A stretch of 64,000 bases of DNA, from assembly GCF_009914755.1 (NCBI RefSeq), contig NC_060931.1. One strand, 5' to 3'. Below the pieces are notes generated by a model. It was not told the DNA's origin. It saw only the letters and a program-made list of their open reading frames with translations, and searched no databases. Below are positions 34,078-49,314 of this stretch, piece by piece. Positions within the stretch are counted from its first letter, which is position 1, and every line of letters begins with the position of its first letter. The position numbers and the translations under genes were made by a program. The stretch is from the human T2T-CHM13v2.0 reference genome, Homo sapiens.

Positions 34078-34557
34078 TGATGGGGTTCAGGACACATTAC
34101 CCTAAAACATGGTTCCTTGGCATACTGACTATTTGGAGAGACACCATGTGCAGGAAGGTCTCTCGGACCTTCCCTGCCATTCTCCCCTGAGCAGGTCATA
34201 AGAAGTGCCCTCCGTATATTGGATGAAAAGTACATCCTTATCTCTGAAAACAAAGTGTTGCAGAGAAGAACCTGAATAAACAGGCCTTCCTAAGTTTCTC
34301 CCAGTTTATTGCCATTAGACGATACCTTTTTCACCCCCTAGTATTTCTCTACAACTCCCTGTTCTTCATCAGACCTACTATAAAAAAACTAAGATTAAAC
34401 TGTTTCTTCAGGTGTTCATTTCCTAATGAAGGCTCTCATGTCACAAAGAACTTAAATATGTTTGTTTGTATACTTTTCTTTTGTTACTCTGTCTTTTGTT
34501 GTTGGGGCTTAATCCATGAACCTAGGATACATGAGGAAATATTTTTCCTCCTCTACA
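34078..34557 (+). mobile_element. ERV1 solo LTR, MER31-like
   Basis: tgatggggttcaggacac...ctctaca with 4-bp TSD atag. Confidence 0.7.
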
Positions 34558-34900
34558 ATAGTATCTATGATTGTAGTTTAATATCTGATTATTTTAATTT
34601 ACTGAAATACTTCCATATTTTTCCTATGCAGCAAATCTTGCAAACAGTATTGCTAGTGATTATATCTAAATTAGCCATACATAGCTCATTTAGAAAATGA
34701 AATCAAGCTCTAATCACTACTTCCATTCACATCATTTGGATTTAGTTTTATTTTTTTTAAATACTGCATGAACTTTAAAAAATATCTTACGGTGTAATGT
34801 AGTAACATATTTTGAACTATATTTTTTCTTTGCTGTCATTAGCATGATTTAGATCGAAGGAAACAAGAGATATGACAACTGCATGCAAAATAGCCTGGAT

Positions 34901-35211
<311 letters not shown>

Positions 35212-35412
35212 TAGGATTTTCTTTTGTTATAAAAGACATAGAGAAAATTGTCAAAATCTGAACAAGGTTTGCAGATTAGATAACAGTATTATATCAATGT
35301 TAACATTCTGATTTAGATAACTGTACTGTGGTTCTGTTGCTATGTTCTGAAGTAAGCAGGGGTAGAGAGGGATCATGTCTGCAATTTGTTCTCAGGCAGC
35401 TCAGGAAAAGAA

Positions 35413-35524
35413 ATGTATATATGTATGATGTGTATAGATGTGTATATGTGTATATATGTACATATGTGTGTATACATGCATATATAAGTGTATATGTACA
35501 TATATACACACACAAACATATACA
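35413..35524. repeat. Low-complexity (TATG/TACA) purine-pyrimidine tract
   Basis: tgtatatatgtatgatgtgtata...tatatacacacaca. Confidence 0.8.
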
Positions 35525-38500
35525 ATCAAGGCTCTGATATAATCCTTAAGGATCATATCAAATTCATTAATGTTGCGTTATATGACTATATGCACACACA
35601 TACATATATAAATGGAGGGAGATTATGCAAATGAAATGTAGTATAATGTTAACCTTTGGGAAATTACAAATTCTTTGTACTGTTTTCTACAAATTAGTTG
35701 AAAAAAAAACTTTAAAGAGAGATCATGGTAAAATATTTAGGAAACTCCAAAAGTCAGCAAAAAGGTCACATATTAAATGTCTAACCAATAGGTGGTGCCA
35801 ATAAGTACTACTTTTATTTCAATGATACTAGAAAGCAAATACAATGTTCAAAAATCAGGTGCACTGATCAAATTCTTATGAATTATACCAACTTGGTAAC
35901 ACTGAATAAAATGACTACATTGGTATGTGTGGACCCAAAAATGCAACCTAACACTCTCAAAAAGCCTCCTTTCACCTCAGCCAAATAAAAAACACCATAT
36001 ATTTCCTGAATAGAGTTAAACTGCTCTCGCTATATATTGTGGTCTCCTTATGGAGTTAAAAAGTATAGCTGGCAGGAATACAACCATGTACACTCATCTA
36101 AGATACAACAAAGACTCTAGAAACTTACCTGAATAGCAAATATGATTTCTTCTAGGTGTAAGCTACATGTGCAAACCATAGAAAATATTTCATAAATACA
36201 CAGATAATATGAAAAGACTTTGAAGTTTCTCTTGGGACATACTGAACCATAGCCAATGATTTTTACACACCGTTTCAAGACGTAGAACTTAATTTGCCTC
36301 AGTAAATCATATTGGCTCAGTCTAATGTCACATTCCTATAATTCAACTGCTGTCTATCAGAGGTGAAATTTATAATAACCATTTGCTCAACAAACCTAAA
36401 CCAGGCTCACATTAATGAATACTTTTAGAATTTCAAATTCTCACAACATTGCCTTTGGATTTAAAATTCATAAAACAGCACAACTTTGGAGATTTCAAAC
36501 TACTCAACCTAACTATATCTAACTGTGAAGATATAGTAATTCAATTTTTAAAACATCTTAAAAAGTTAAATGGATTGCTTGCAATTTTCTCCCAGTTTCT
36601 AAACTCAACTAAGATAGTGGTTAATGTACCTTTGCAACATAAGTCTTAGGTTAGAGGGGAAAAAAGCCCAGTTAATTGGTGAATCCCTTTATCTATTAAC
36701 CAGACAAGATTACAACTCCAATAGCTAGGAGGACATCAATGAAGCATAAAGGGCCTGGAAATTAGCTGGTAGAATTTGTTTCCGAAACCAATTTCAAAGT
36801 TGCGTTTTTTTCTCTTTTTTTAGTGCCAGTGACTGAGGAATAGCAGGAGAAAGTGGGGAAAAACAGTACTTTTTAGAGTGAACTCAATTCTTTTGAAAAC
36901 GTTTGACTGCACTGCTTCCATTTAACAAACAATTCTGTGGTCCAGAGAGAAAACAGCGGAAGTCAACATTATCTAACTGTTGTGACAGTTTAAACATTAG
37001 GCACCCTAATTTCCCTCTTCAATTTCTTGTGCTCTTGCTTCCCCCACTATCTTGAGGTAAGCCATGAATGTGCCTCCCTTTCAATAATGAAGCTGAACAG
37101 CTCTGGAATCCCTATCTGCTGGCCACAGAACTTCCATTCCTCAACCAAGGATATAGATCAAGGGGATACAGAACAATGATCTACGTAGACTGAAGGGTGG
37201 AAGCTTTGGTGGGAAGAGTATAAGTTTTGCTTTTCTTTAAATTAGTTTTTAGGCTTCTTCCTGAGCTTCCACTCTCTAGAGCAGAATATTAGAGTGAAGA
37301 GGCTTAGGGCTGGGTTTGCCTCAGCTTGAGAGAGGCTAGAAAGGATCAGAGAGAGAGACCAGAGAAACAGAAGGCAGATAGATGCAGGCTGCGTGGGCCT
37401 GGCTGGGCCTCAGGGTTAAGAGAGAAGGGTAGAGAAGGGCTGAGGTCACAAGGACAGCGGAGCAGACAGGGCTTTGTAGCAGAAGCCAGGTATAAAGTGC
37501 ATACATTTGGTTGCCTAGGAATCTGAGCATCACAGCAGGCTGCAAAATGGGAATGGATCCTGCCAGAGGAAGGGGAAACCTTTTTACAAGGCTTTATGGT
37601 ACAATGGTTTCTTTCATTCTTTGCAAAGGCTACAACACGTAGCTTTTCATTTCAGTACAAAGGCTGTAAACAGAAAAGGTATGACTCATGGAAAAGGGTG
37701 GTTTGGATCTCACTATCTGGTAGGGTTTCACTCAGGATTCCAGTAAGAATAAGGAGCTAGTAAAATTGACAAAGCACATGGAACATGTGGACACATCTAA
37801 ACATGGGAGGAACTGCCCAAGGAAACAGAATGTGCTTCCCTTCCTTCCTGAAGTTAATCAGAAGGCCAACAATTAAGTTAAAAGAAACCAGGAAGAGATA
37901 TTAGCAATCAAATCAATGGAGAGGAGATGAAGGAAACAAAGTATAGAAGGGGTCGGTTCAATGATCCAACATATCAATAATCCAATTGTGTTATTCTAAA
38001 AGTCTTCATTAAGGAGATTAAATCAGGATCCATTTCGAGACAATGAAAACAGACAACTTAAGAGGTAAGGATAGAATATTTCAGCTAGTGGCTTTAAAGT
38101 GGGTAAACAATAATAATAGCTAACATTAAACACACACCATGTATGATGTCCTGTGGTAAGTGCTTTGCATACATTTTTTCTTTTAATCTTCCCAATATCC
38201 CTTAGAGGATTCAAACCTAGGACATCCTGCTTGCAGAGAAAAAGCTCTTAAATACTACACTATACTCTCTAAGAGATGACTCCTGTCTGTAAGCAGAGGG
38301 AAATGTGTGGTTTGGTTTAACTGGAATCCTGACCTTTAACGCAGGCCTTAAGGATACAGGATCACTTATGTTAGAGTCTATCTAGAGATATAAATCAAAG
38401 CCTACCATTGAGAACTTCACCAACATTCCAGAGGCAATTGGGTATGACCTCAGAGTTTGGACAATTATATATTCAAACAACCTAATAACAGATGAATGTT

Positions 38501-38867
38501 GTCCTGCATGAGGCATATTTGAAGTGGGAAAGGACTGGGAGATGAAAAGGAGTTGGGAAAGACATGTAGCCAACAGTTCAGCATATCATGGTGAGTCAAG
38601 ACCACATCTATGATGGTAGGAAGGTCAGGGACTACATGTGAAAAGTCAGAAGGTCAGGATTAGTTTGGTATTTGTTTATCCATACTGAGGGCAAATGCAA
38701 GCAAATTAAGGTAACAGGACGCATAGGGAGAAAGAACAAGATACACCATGGTTACCAACTCTTCTATTCACAGTTAATAGGCAGAAAGAAAGGAGCAGGG
38801 CATAATGGATTTGTTTGTGATCCATAAGAACTTAAAAAAATGCTAGCCTTTAAACAGAGCCTGGAGT

Positions 38868-39181
38868 AGCACTGACTCAGAAGTATAATGTGAATCATGA
38901 ATGAAATTTAAATTTCCCTAGTAACCATGTCAAAAAAGTAAAAAAAAAAATTTAATAGCATACATTATTTATCCCAATATATCCAAAATGTTATCATTTC
39001 AACATGTAATCAATATGAAAATTATTGATGGGTATTTTACATTCTTCTTATTGGGCCAAGTCTTCAAAATACGGTATGTTCTTTACAATTACAGCACATC
39101 TCAATTCTAGTGGTATACTAGGTTCATGTCTAATTGTCAACAGCAACATATGGCTGCTGCCTCCTGAATTGGACAGCACAG
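38868..39181. mobile_element. MER33-like hAT-Charlie element
   Basis: tatatccaaaatgttatcatttcaacatgtaatcaatat...ttacagcacatctcaatt...ttggacagcacag. Confidence 0.7.
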
Positions 39182-39346
39182 GTCTAGGGTAAATTTAATG
39201 ACAAAATGATGGTCACTGGTATCAAGAAACACCGAAAGGTTTAGAGTAGAACTGGATTTGGCTGGAAGTCTACCAATGAATTCCACAAGATGTGTTCTCT
39301 AACAAATAGCAGCTCTACTATCTTACTGAGGGGGTATTGAAATTAA

Positions 39347-39919
<573 letters not shown>

Positions 39920-40818
39920 AGAATTGTAATTGTTTTGTGGGAAAAGAGAAGACAAGCATACATAGTAGTTCCATGTTGTATTTCATTTCTCCTGTCTCGT
40001 GTGAGTCTTTTAGAGATTCTGCCCTCAATAGTAAGTGCTCCAAGTGTCTTGTTTGTTTAGTGGTAGATGCAGGACTTTGTCCAAAGCAAAGGGCCATCTG
40101 CATCAAATAAAACCCAAGTTATCTCTCCAACTCTAAGGAGAGGGAGGAGGAAACTGACCTCACCACTCATTATAGTCTGAAGCGTTGCCACATGTGTGAG
40201 TTGGAGGTACTTATGGCTCTCACTGAACTGAATGACAAAGCTCTGTCTACAGTGGTTTTCTCTTTGCGGTCAGTTTGGTCTAGCAAGATGTGCAAGGCTC
40301 TGAAAAAAGAAAGGCGGTTTGAATTTAAATTCTGGTTCTCCTAATTGCCAGGTGATCTGGACTGCAACAAAAATATCTATATTCAAGGTGTTTTTAAAAA
40401 TCAGTCTTAAAAAACAACACATTCAGTTCAAGAAACAGCTTACTTTATTTGAAGTTTCTTTATATCGATTAAAGCACATGACTGCATACTTTGTTTTGCT
40501 TCAATGTGGGTCTGAATGGTGGATAAGAACAAACAATATTCACCAAGTTTTTGTCTACTGACCAAACCTAAAGATGTCATTATTTATGCTATGCAATCTA
40601 TATATGCTATATAATGTAGTATATACTATATGTTACTAGTACAATACTATGTACCTCATACGACTTATAGTGGTATATATTTCAGTTCCTCTCTGAACAA
40701 GCACACACACATTTTTCTTCACATGCCACTGCAATCAGCATCACTTTCTTTTTTAGCCAACTTCAATGTGTGAACCTGTATGTTTGTCAATAATGTTGCT
40801 GCTCAAAGCCAGCCATAG

Positions 40819-41570
<752 letters not shown>

Positions 41571-41863
41571 TGATTTTTAGTTTTCAATAACAACTTAGGA
41601 GTATGAAGACTTGGTACCAAAGAACAAATTCAGATTATCTTTTTCGTTTCAACAAGAATAGAATACATTTTTTATAGGGAGTTATAAGTACAACCCTATC
41701 ATAGCATAGGAAGACATACCAGAATGTTCATTGAGCATTTTTAAAGTTAGGGAGTGAATAGACAGAAAAACAAAGGGCTGATAATTTCCTTCCCAAACAG
41801 ACAAACAAAAAAAAGGGCTTGGAACGAAAAGTGTAGGGAAAGTCAGCCAGCCCATACACTCAC

Positions 41864-41952
41864 CTGCATTGGAGCCAGTCAAGTTATAACGTGCATTCAG
41901 CTTTTTGATGATGTTCTCATGGATTTGGTACCACTCACTCTCTGTGTTACAC
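41864..41952 (-). CDS. DOCK4: DOCK4 coding exon (probable exon 12), 89 nt, CNTESEWYQIHENIIKKLNARYNLTGSNA(G)
   Basis: ttcatag|G TGT AAC...AAT GCA G|gtgagt. Phase 2 to 1 fits both neighbours. Confidence 0.96.
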
Positions 41953-42809
41953 CTATGAAAACATTAACACTCTGTTAAGCTTTAATGATGCATGCAGTCA
42001 AGCAGTGATCCTCATAGTACATCTGCCCTTTTCGTTATAACCACTATAATGTACCTCCTTGAGGTCCCCATCAACCTGCTGCAACTGACTGTCAGTTTTA
42101 GCATGGTTGTCCCAGGATGAGCAAGAATGTCCGTATCTGGTAATGCCTGACCACCTACCTCATGACAGAAGCAGCTGGGATAACACTTCGCAGATTACAA
42201 GTGGCCCCAAAACAGACAGAAATCTCAGAGAACAATGTATACAGGGGAAGGCAGCCCCAACTGAGTTCAACTCCCCAGATTCAAATTCTCACTATTAACC
42301 AAGCTATGTTCTTTAGGTGAGTTTATTTACTCTTGTCTTAATTTCCCCACCTATGAAACACAGATAATATACTAGAACTTTAAACTAACATGGGCTTAGG
42401 GTAATTCCTGGCATATAATAAATGCTCAGTAAATTAGTTCTCATTAGCAAGTCTCTGCCTACTGTAACATGACCAGGTTTGTCCAGAATCAAAATGCAGC
42501 AAATTAAGCAAAATGAAATTGACATTAACACAGCTTGTACTGGCAAAAGACTGGCAGGATTTACCAAAGAATAATAAAATTACTCTTTCAGATCTTCCAC
42601 ATGGGGCATCTCTCCGTCTTTTCACAGCAATCTGTACCTCTTTCTCTTAGCTTTTATCACTCATTAGGTCATGTTATCTTTGTTTACGTGGTGTAGTTCA
42701 CCTGGGAGACTGTTAAGGTTCTTGAGGACTGGATCTAGGACTGGCTGATATTTGAGTTTCCTTTAGTACTTTGAATGCTGTGGATGCTTAAAAACTGTCA
42801 GTGGTATGA

Positions 42810-42868
42810 ATGGATGGATGGATGGATGGATGGATGGATGGATGGATGGATGGACGGATGGATGGATG
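42810..42868. repeat. (TGGA)n tetranucleotide microsatellite
   Basis: atggatggatgg... with one ggac variant. Confidence 0.95.
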
Positions 42869-44094
42869 TCCCTCTGCCTGGTAACTCATAATGATTTGTA
42901 AGCATGTGGTTCTGTTATCCATCCTTACTGCCACTACTCTCCCAGATTGGCTGGGGAAAAGTTCCTTCATCTGAACATATGTGTAAATTCACTACTTTAT
43001 TAGCCATGAATGCATCCTCCCAAGAGGCCTGAACATCAAGATTCTGTACACTATCAATCAAAATCTCCCACAGCGCAGGTTCTGTTTCCTAGTGATCAAG
43101 TCTGAGGCAGATAATTCATAATTGTTTGCTCACATTTTTATTTATTTTATTGCCACAGGATTTTGCAGGATGAACATGATGGAGGTGATTTTTGAGCCAA
43201 TTAACAGTGGGATATCTAAATGAGCGCCGAATCTTAAGAGGGCTGGAAAATTAAGATGGAATGAAACCATCCCACCTGTCTAGTTGTAAGACACCAAACT
43301 GCCATTTAGCACATTCTGCCTCCAGTTTTCTTATTTCAGCCCAGTGGGGAAGAAAGAAAGATGGCTTGCTTCCTATTAGATAGTTAAGTGATTCCAGAAT
43401 TCATGCTTTTAACCTACAAAACTCAAAACTCAAAACAAACAAACAAACAAACAAAAGCTCCTAAAGTATGTGACTAAAGTATCTTCCAGGCTCAGGCAGG
43501 CATTTGCTACTGTTCTTTGAGTCCCAGAAGGGCTGGGGGTTCAGTCACCTTATCAAATAGAAATTTCTCCCCAATTTTTTCTAACAGGCACTTTCCCATG
43601 TTTGACTAAATTCACAGTTCCTTCCTAATCTACAGTGACTGTTTTGACTGGTTAGTATTACTCTTGAAACAGCATCACTATTTGCTGAATGGGCATTTTT
43701 CAGGAATTTATCTTCTATTAAGAATTACCCAAAACCTTATTTGATGCTTATGGAAAAGCAGACAATAAAAAAAAACACAAAGAGCAGAACAATTTGTCTT
43801 CATGAGTGTGACTGTCTCCCATTGGCAGGGCTGGAATGCATAGGTCTTATTCCGCTGGCTGCCTCATAAAGGGTGATGATGGGACTGTCTGTCCCTCTGT
43901 TTTCCCACTGACAGGATAAATACAATACTTGCTACTCACACCTGGAAAGACTACTTTAAGAAATGATGAGAGTGTGTTTGTGAGGAATTTCAGTTTGCTT
44001 AAAAAGCCACATAACAGCAGCATCATCACCTTACTAGACTATGGTGTGAAATAACACCTGGAAAAATACAAATTATTAACTGGAGAGCTCAGAT

Positions 44095-44315
44095 GCTGGA
44101 GCAAGACAGTCCTGACCTCAAATCTGCTTCCTTTTCTTATTAGCTAGGCAACATGGGGCAAGTTATTTAACTCTCGTTCCCCTATGAGTAAAACTGAGTA
44201 GGAGCGTCTGTCTGCTTCATGGGTTTGTTGTGAGGACAAAAGGATACGACACATGCAAAGTGCTTAACACAGTTCCTCACACATAGTAAGCACACAGTAA
44301 AGGGTGGTTATTATC
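44095..44315 (+). mobile_element. MIR
   Basis: gggcaagttatttaactct...gggtttgttgtgagga...aaagtgcttaacacag...cacatagtaagcac. Confidence 0.7.
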
Positions 44316-45151
44316 AGTCATTAGCATTTCAAATAAACTACGTTTTATGACCACCAGTTAAGTATGGAAAGAAGGGTATCATGGATTTAAGCTTAACCAC
44401 TGAAATTGAGGGTTGCTATGTGATAAAAAGAGTAGCAACTTTTACCACCCACTAATTTCACCAAAAGTTTTCAAGTTTAACATCAACATCACAGGTGTTT
44501 TCCTTTTTAAGAGGGATGAAGAGAGTTACCGGTCCTAAACCACAGACTATAGATAAATCTTTGTCAATGAATTATTGAATGTGTTACATAGGTCCCATTG
44601 GATGGAGAGTAGAAAAATCCATGAAACCCTGCAGCAGAGGTCAAAAAGGCAATTTTAAGTATATGTCCCATAGGCAGTGGGCCACTTGTGTTACCATCAC
44701 CTATGAAAAATCTACTGGCACATATTAGGTATATTAACACAACCTCCAGAATGGAATACGAAAGCCAGTTCACTCATGGAGGTAGCCAATGGTGTGGTCC
44801 TCAAACCAGGAGTGTGGAAACCCTAATAAGTCTGCTCTGAAGATGTTGCTGTATATTAGGCCTCAACGTCCAAGCCTGTGGGGAGGTGGCACGGTGGTGT
44901 GGGCCAAACCCATGTGCATTTAAAAAAATCATTTAACTTAGGATTTGGAATATATCAAGTAACTGTCTTAGTAGAGAACCATGGGTTAAACTGTATCCCC
45001 CAACAAAGGTAACGTTGAAGTCCTAACCCCCAGTACCTCAGAATAAGACCTTATTTGAAAGAGCGTCTTTACAGAGATAATCATATAAGAAGGTTATTAG
45101 GGTGAACCACACTCTAATATGACTGTATCTTTATAAAAAGGAGAAATTTGT

Positions 45152-45314
45152 AGCCAGGCATGGTGGCATGCGCCTGTAATCCCAGCTACTCAGGAGGCTG
45201 AGGCAGAAAATCTCTTGAACCTGGGAGGCGGAGGTTGCAGTGAGCCGAGATTGCTCCACTACACTCCAGCCTGGGTGACAGAGCGAGACTCTGTCTCAAA
45301 AAAAAAAAAAAAAA
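45152..45314 (+). mobile_element. 5'-truncated Alu (right arm only)
   Basis: agccaggcatggtggcatgcgcctgtaatccc...poly(A). Confidence 0.9.
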
Positions 45315-45545
45315 GTTGGGGGGGTGGGGGATTGGACCCAGAGAAAGCCATGAACACCATGTGAAGATGAAGGCAGAGATCAGAGTGACGCGTCTACAAG
45401 CCATGGATCCCCCAGTGACTGCCAGCAAAGCACCGGAGGCCAGGAGAGAGGCACGGAGCAGATTGCCCTCACAGCCCTCAGAAGGAGCCAACTATACTAA
45501 TATCTTCATCTGGGAAATGTGAGACAACACATTTCTATTGTTTAA

Positions 45546-45989
<444 letters not shown>

Positions 45990-46434
45990 TTAAGCCATGC
46001 AGTTTGTGGTACTTGGTTAGGGCAGGCCCAGCAAACTAACACCTAGAGTAGGATGGAAGTCATCTGGGCTTCCCTTCCCCAATTCTAATAAATTTACTTC
46101 AAAAAGTACTTTCACTTTCCAAGAACACATTGACTGTCTGAAGGTAAAGACGTGCTAGGTTTATAAATTCAAAGGTGGTATCCCACATAGTAGACGGTCT
46201 ACCTAACTGGTAAACTGTCTGTACTCATTGGTTCTTAATTCAGTAATTCCTCTGACTGGCAAATTGTGGCTTGTAGGCTCACTTGCAACAAGTCTACAGA
46301 TTACTGGGTTTTTGAGGAATGGCTCATAAACCACCCATTGTTCTTCTCTACCCACCTAAAGTAGCATTCGCCCAAGTAGGACCCACATGTACCCCTGTGC
46401 CTACCCCAGCCATCACCACGTGCATGTTTCTTAC

Positions 46435-46567
46435 ATGTATACTTTCAGAATGAGGTCATCCTTTGTCTCTCCTGTTAGCAGGTCAGCGATGCTAAGAACT
46501 GCACAGCCAAAGGGTCGTCGGTACTGGACACTACAGGCATTCTTTTTTTCTCCTGCTCCCATTCGAC
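46435..46567 (-). CDS. DOCK4: DOCK4 coding exon (probable exon 11), 133 nt, (G)RMGAGEKKNACSVQYRRPFGCAVLSIADLLTGETKDDLILKVY(M)
   Basis: aacag|GT CGA ATG...TAC AT|gtaaga. The YRRPFGCAV motif is typical of DOCK-A/B proteins. Phase 1 to 2. Confidence 0.97.
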
Positions 46568-48721
46568 CTGTTCAATTAAAGAGCAATCATTAACCCATGG
46601 AGCCATTTGATTAGATGCATCTTAGGTAGCGAAACATACAGCTATAAGATAGGCCATTGAAATGTAATTGGGCAATAAAGAGCACCCAGGTTGGGCGTAA
46701 CAGAAGATATTGCTTCAGTTCTGGATTCTCCTCTCCAGTCACCTAGCTGTGTGACCTTGGGTAAGCAGCTTAAATTCTGGGCGTCAGTTGCCATCTGTAA
46801 AATACAAAGACTGGAACAGATCCCATGTTTGGGAACCATCCCCTGGCCCCTGAGATTCATGAAGGCATCCCAGGAAGTTCACGTCACTAAAGGCAGTAAT
46901 GGTGACTCTTCCATTTTCTATTTTTAAACAAATTCCATATTCAAAAAAACTATTTCAAAAATTTCACCTGTGACTAGAGTAGTTTGAGGTTGTCTGAAGT
47001 ACAGCAAGTAAGCACAGGTGATCAAATGTGCATGCTCCTGCCTCAGCTCTCAGGCTGTTCAGAACTCAGTTGTCACCAAAATGGTTTTAACTGTTGTAAA
47101 GTTTTAACTTGTTTAAATTGTTACATGTTTAAAAATATGTTATTAATACATTGTTTTAATGTATTGTTGGTATTTAATTATCAGTGGATTATTTTGAAGA
47201 CAAAAAGCAAAAAGTACACTGAAGTTGAAATATAACAAGTTAATGTGGGAAAAAATGATTTTAAAAATCTGCAAATTTGTCTCTAGGTGCTTTTCAACAC
47301 AACCATAAATTGTTTCTATCTGAGCAAAATTCTCCTATAGCACATCAAGATATCTCCAGCAATTCCAAAATCCAATGTTAAGCAGGAAAAAATGGGATGA
47401 CAATATCCAATTTGGCTTTCATTCATCAGTAGTAAAGGAAAACTACCTCTGCAAGATGTCACTTTCAGGGAAACACAGCCCGAAAACCTCTTATTTTATC
47501 AGTTAGAATCAAACTAAAAAATGGCCCAAATAAGCCAGCTGCTTTTCAGATGTGCAAAATGTAAGAATTTAAAATATCAGGTTGTCATGACCTGATGCCA
47601 TATGTATGGCCAAATTTCACTCTACATAATTTTAATATAAATTCTGTCTGAAAACCGAACACTTTATGTCATACTTGAATTTAATTATCAACCAATCCTA
47701 CTTTTACTTACACAACTGATTTAAACAAATTTAAAACTTTGGTCACTTTTTTAAATGAAAAAAAAGGTCTCAATTTATGTCTATTTTGAATAATATTACA
47801 GAATGTATTAGGATGAAATATTAATATGTATGGCAGTCTTTATCAATATCGTGGTTTAAAACATGCTTTTTTCTTAATCATTTCCTTGCAAATACAAGAT
47901 GACAAAAGGATAAGATTTCTGAGTGGAGCACTTCAAAGTTATTTAACATCAGAAAGAAGCTCCTTATTAAAAAAAAAAACTAGAAACTGCAAACAAGATT
48001 ATTCCTAATGACTCTGCTAGCTCCTACAGTTTACACAAGGGCATGCACACATTTCAATCCTTTTTTGTTTGTTTGTTTTTAAACAACCCCTTCATCTAAA
48101 GCTGCACTAAAGAAAAAAAACTGTAGGGGACAGAAGGAATGGCAAAATAAGGGAATAAGGTTGATGGGAGAAGTGTAGCTCTCACAACCACTTAACACTC
48201 TCCAACAAGGATTTTGTCACTTGTGACCCCTGGGAAGCTTATCTCCCAAACCTCCACCTGACTCATGTCTTCAAACATGCAAGTTTAACGTTAAGCCACG
48301 GCTTTAGACACCATTCTAATTACTATACTGGAAAGATGTTTTGGTGCCAGATCAGTGGCACCAACCCTAGAGTTAATAAGAATTCACAGTTCTGACTGGG
48401 CTTTGGGAAACCCGATCAGATTTCTAGCACATTCTCTAAGTAGGAAGGAAGGTAGTGGGAGTGGGGGAAGGGAAAAGTACTGAGCAATCAACCAAAAGTC
48501 AAAAGGGAGGCATAGAGGTTGAAGAAACTTCCTGGCATGAGCAGGAAGATATAAAACTATTAATTTCTCTTTTTTTTTCCTCTCCATCTTTCTAAAGAGC
48601 TGGACTTAAATTCCCAGAAGTGAGGTACTGTTGCTCCTGCTTTCTGCAGCCAGTGATGGCCAACATGCCCTTTTCCTACTAAATAGGTACAAGAGACATT
48701 CTGTAAGAAGTATGTGTCCCT

Positions 48722-49314
48722 TGTTAAATATAGTGAACGCCAAGTTTCTCTTCAAATAATCAGTATGTCAGCATGTTCAGCTCTCTTATTCTTTGATTCT
48801 CCATTTTAAAGTTTAACTTCCTGGTTCTCTTCACCGCCTTGCCTCTAGTTTCAATAAAAAACTTTCCTGCCAGTTCTGATCAGTAGTTTACATCTGTTCC
48901 CCTGGTCACCTGCTCTGTCCTGACTCATCCCGGTCACCTGCTTTGACCTGAGTCACCCTGGTCACCTGCTCTGACCTAAGTTACCTTTAGTTACCTGTTT
49001 CTAACCATCCTTCCTGCCAAACTACTCACCCCGCCACTCTGGCTTATACTCCTGCTCTTTTCAACATAGTCAATCAGAATTAGCTTAGACTGTGCGTCCA
49101 ACCCTAGCAAATAGGGGAACAACAGAGCAGTAGGGGCTACCTGCGTCAGGAATAAGAACTCCTTCCCCTCCCCTGTCCAGGTGTGCTCTTACCATTGTTC
49201 CACCTGTGAGAGGCACCCTTTCTGCAGAAGGTAAAAATTGCCTTGCTGAGAAAATTAATGTTTGAGTGCTATTTCTTTGTGGCACTGAGGAACAAGCATT
49301 TTGCATTTCTAACA
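48722..49314 (+). mobile_element. Solo ERV1 LTR, LTR10A/F-like (HERV-I)
   Basis: TGTTAAATATAGTGAAC...TTTCTAACA termini, 4-bp TSD ccct, internal 28-bp tandem repeat carrying TGASTCA. Confidence 0.85.
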
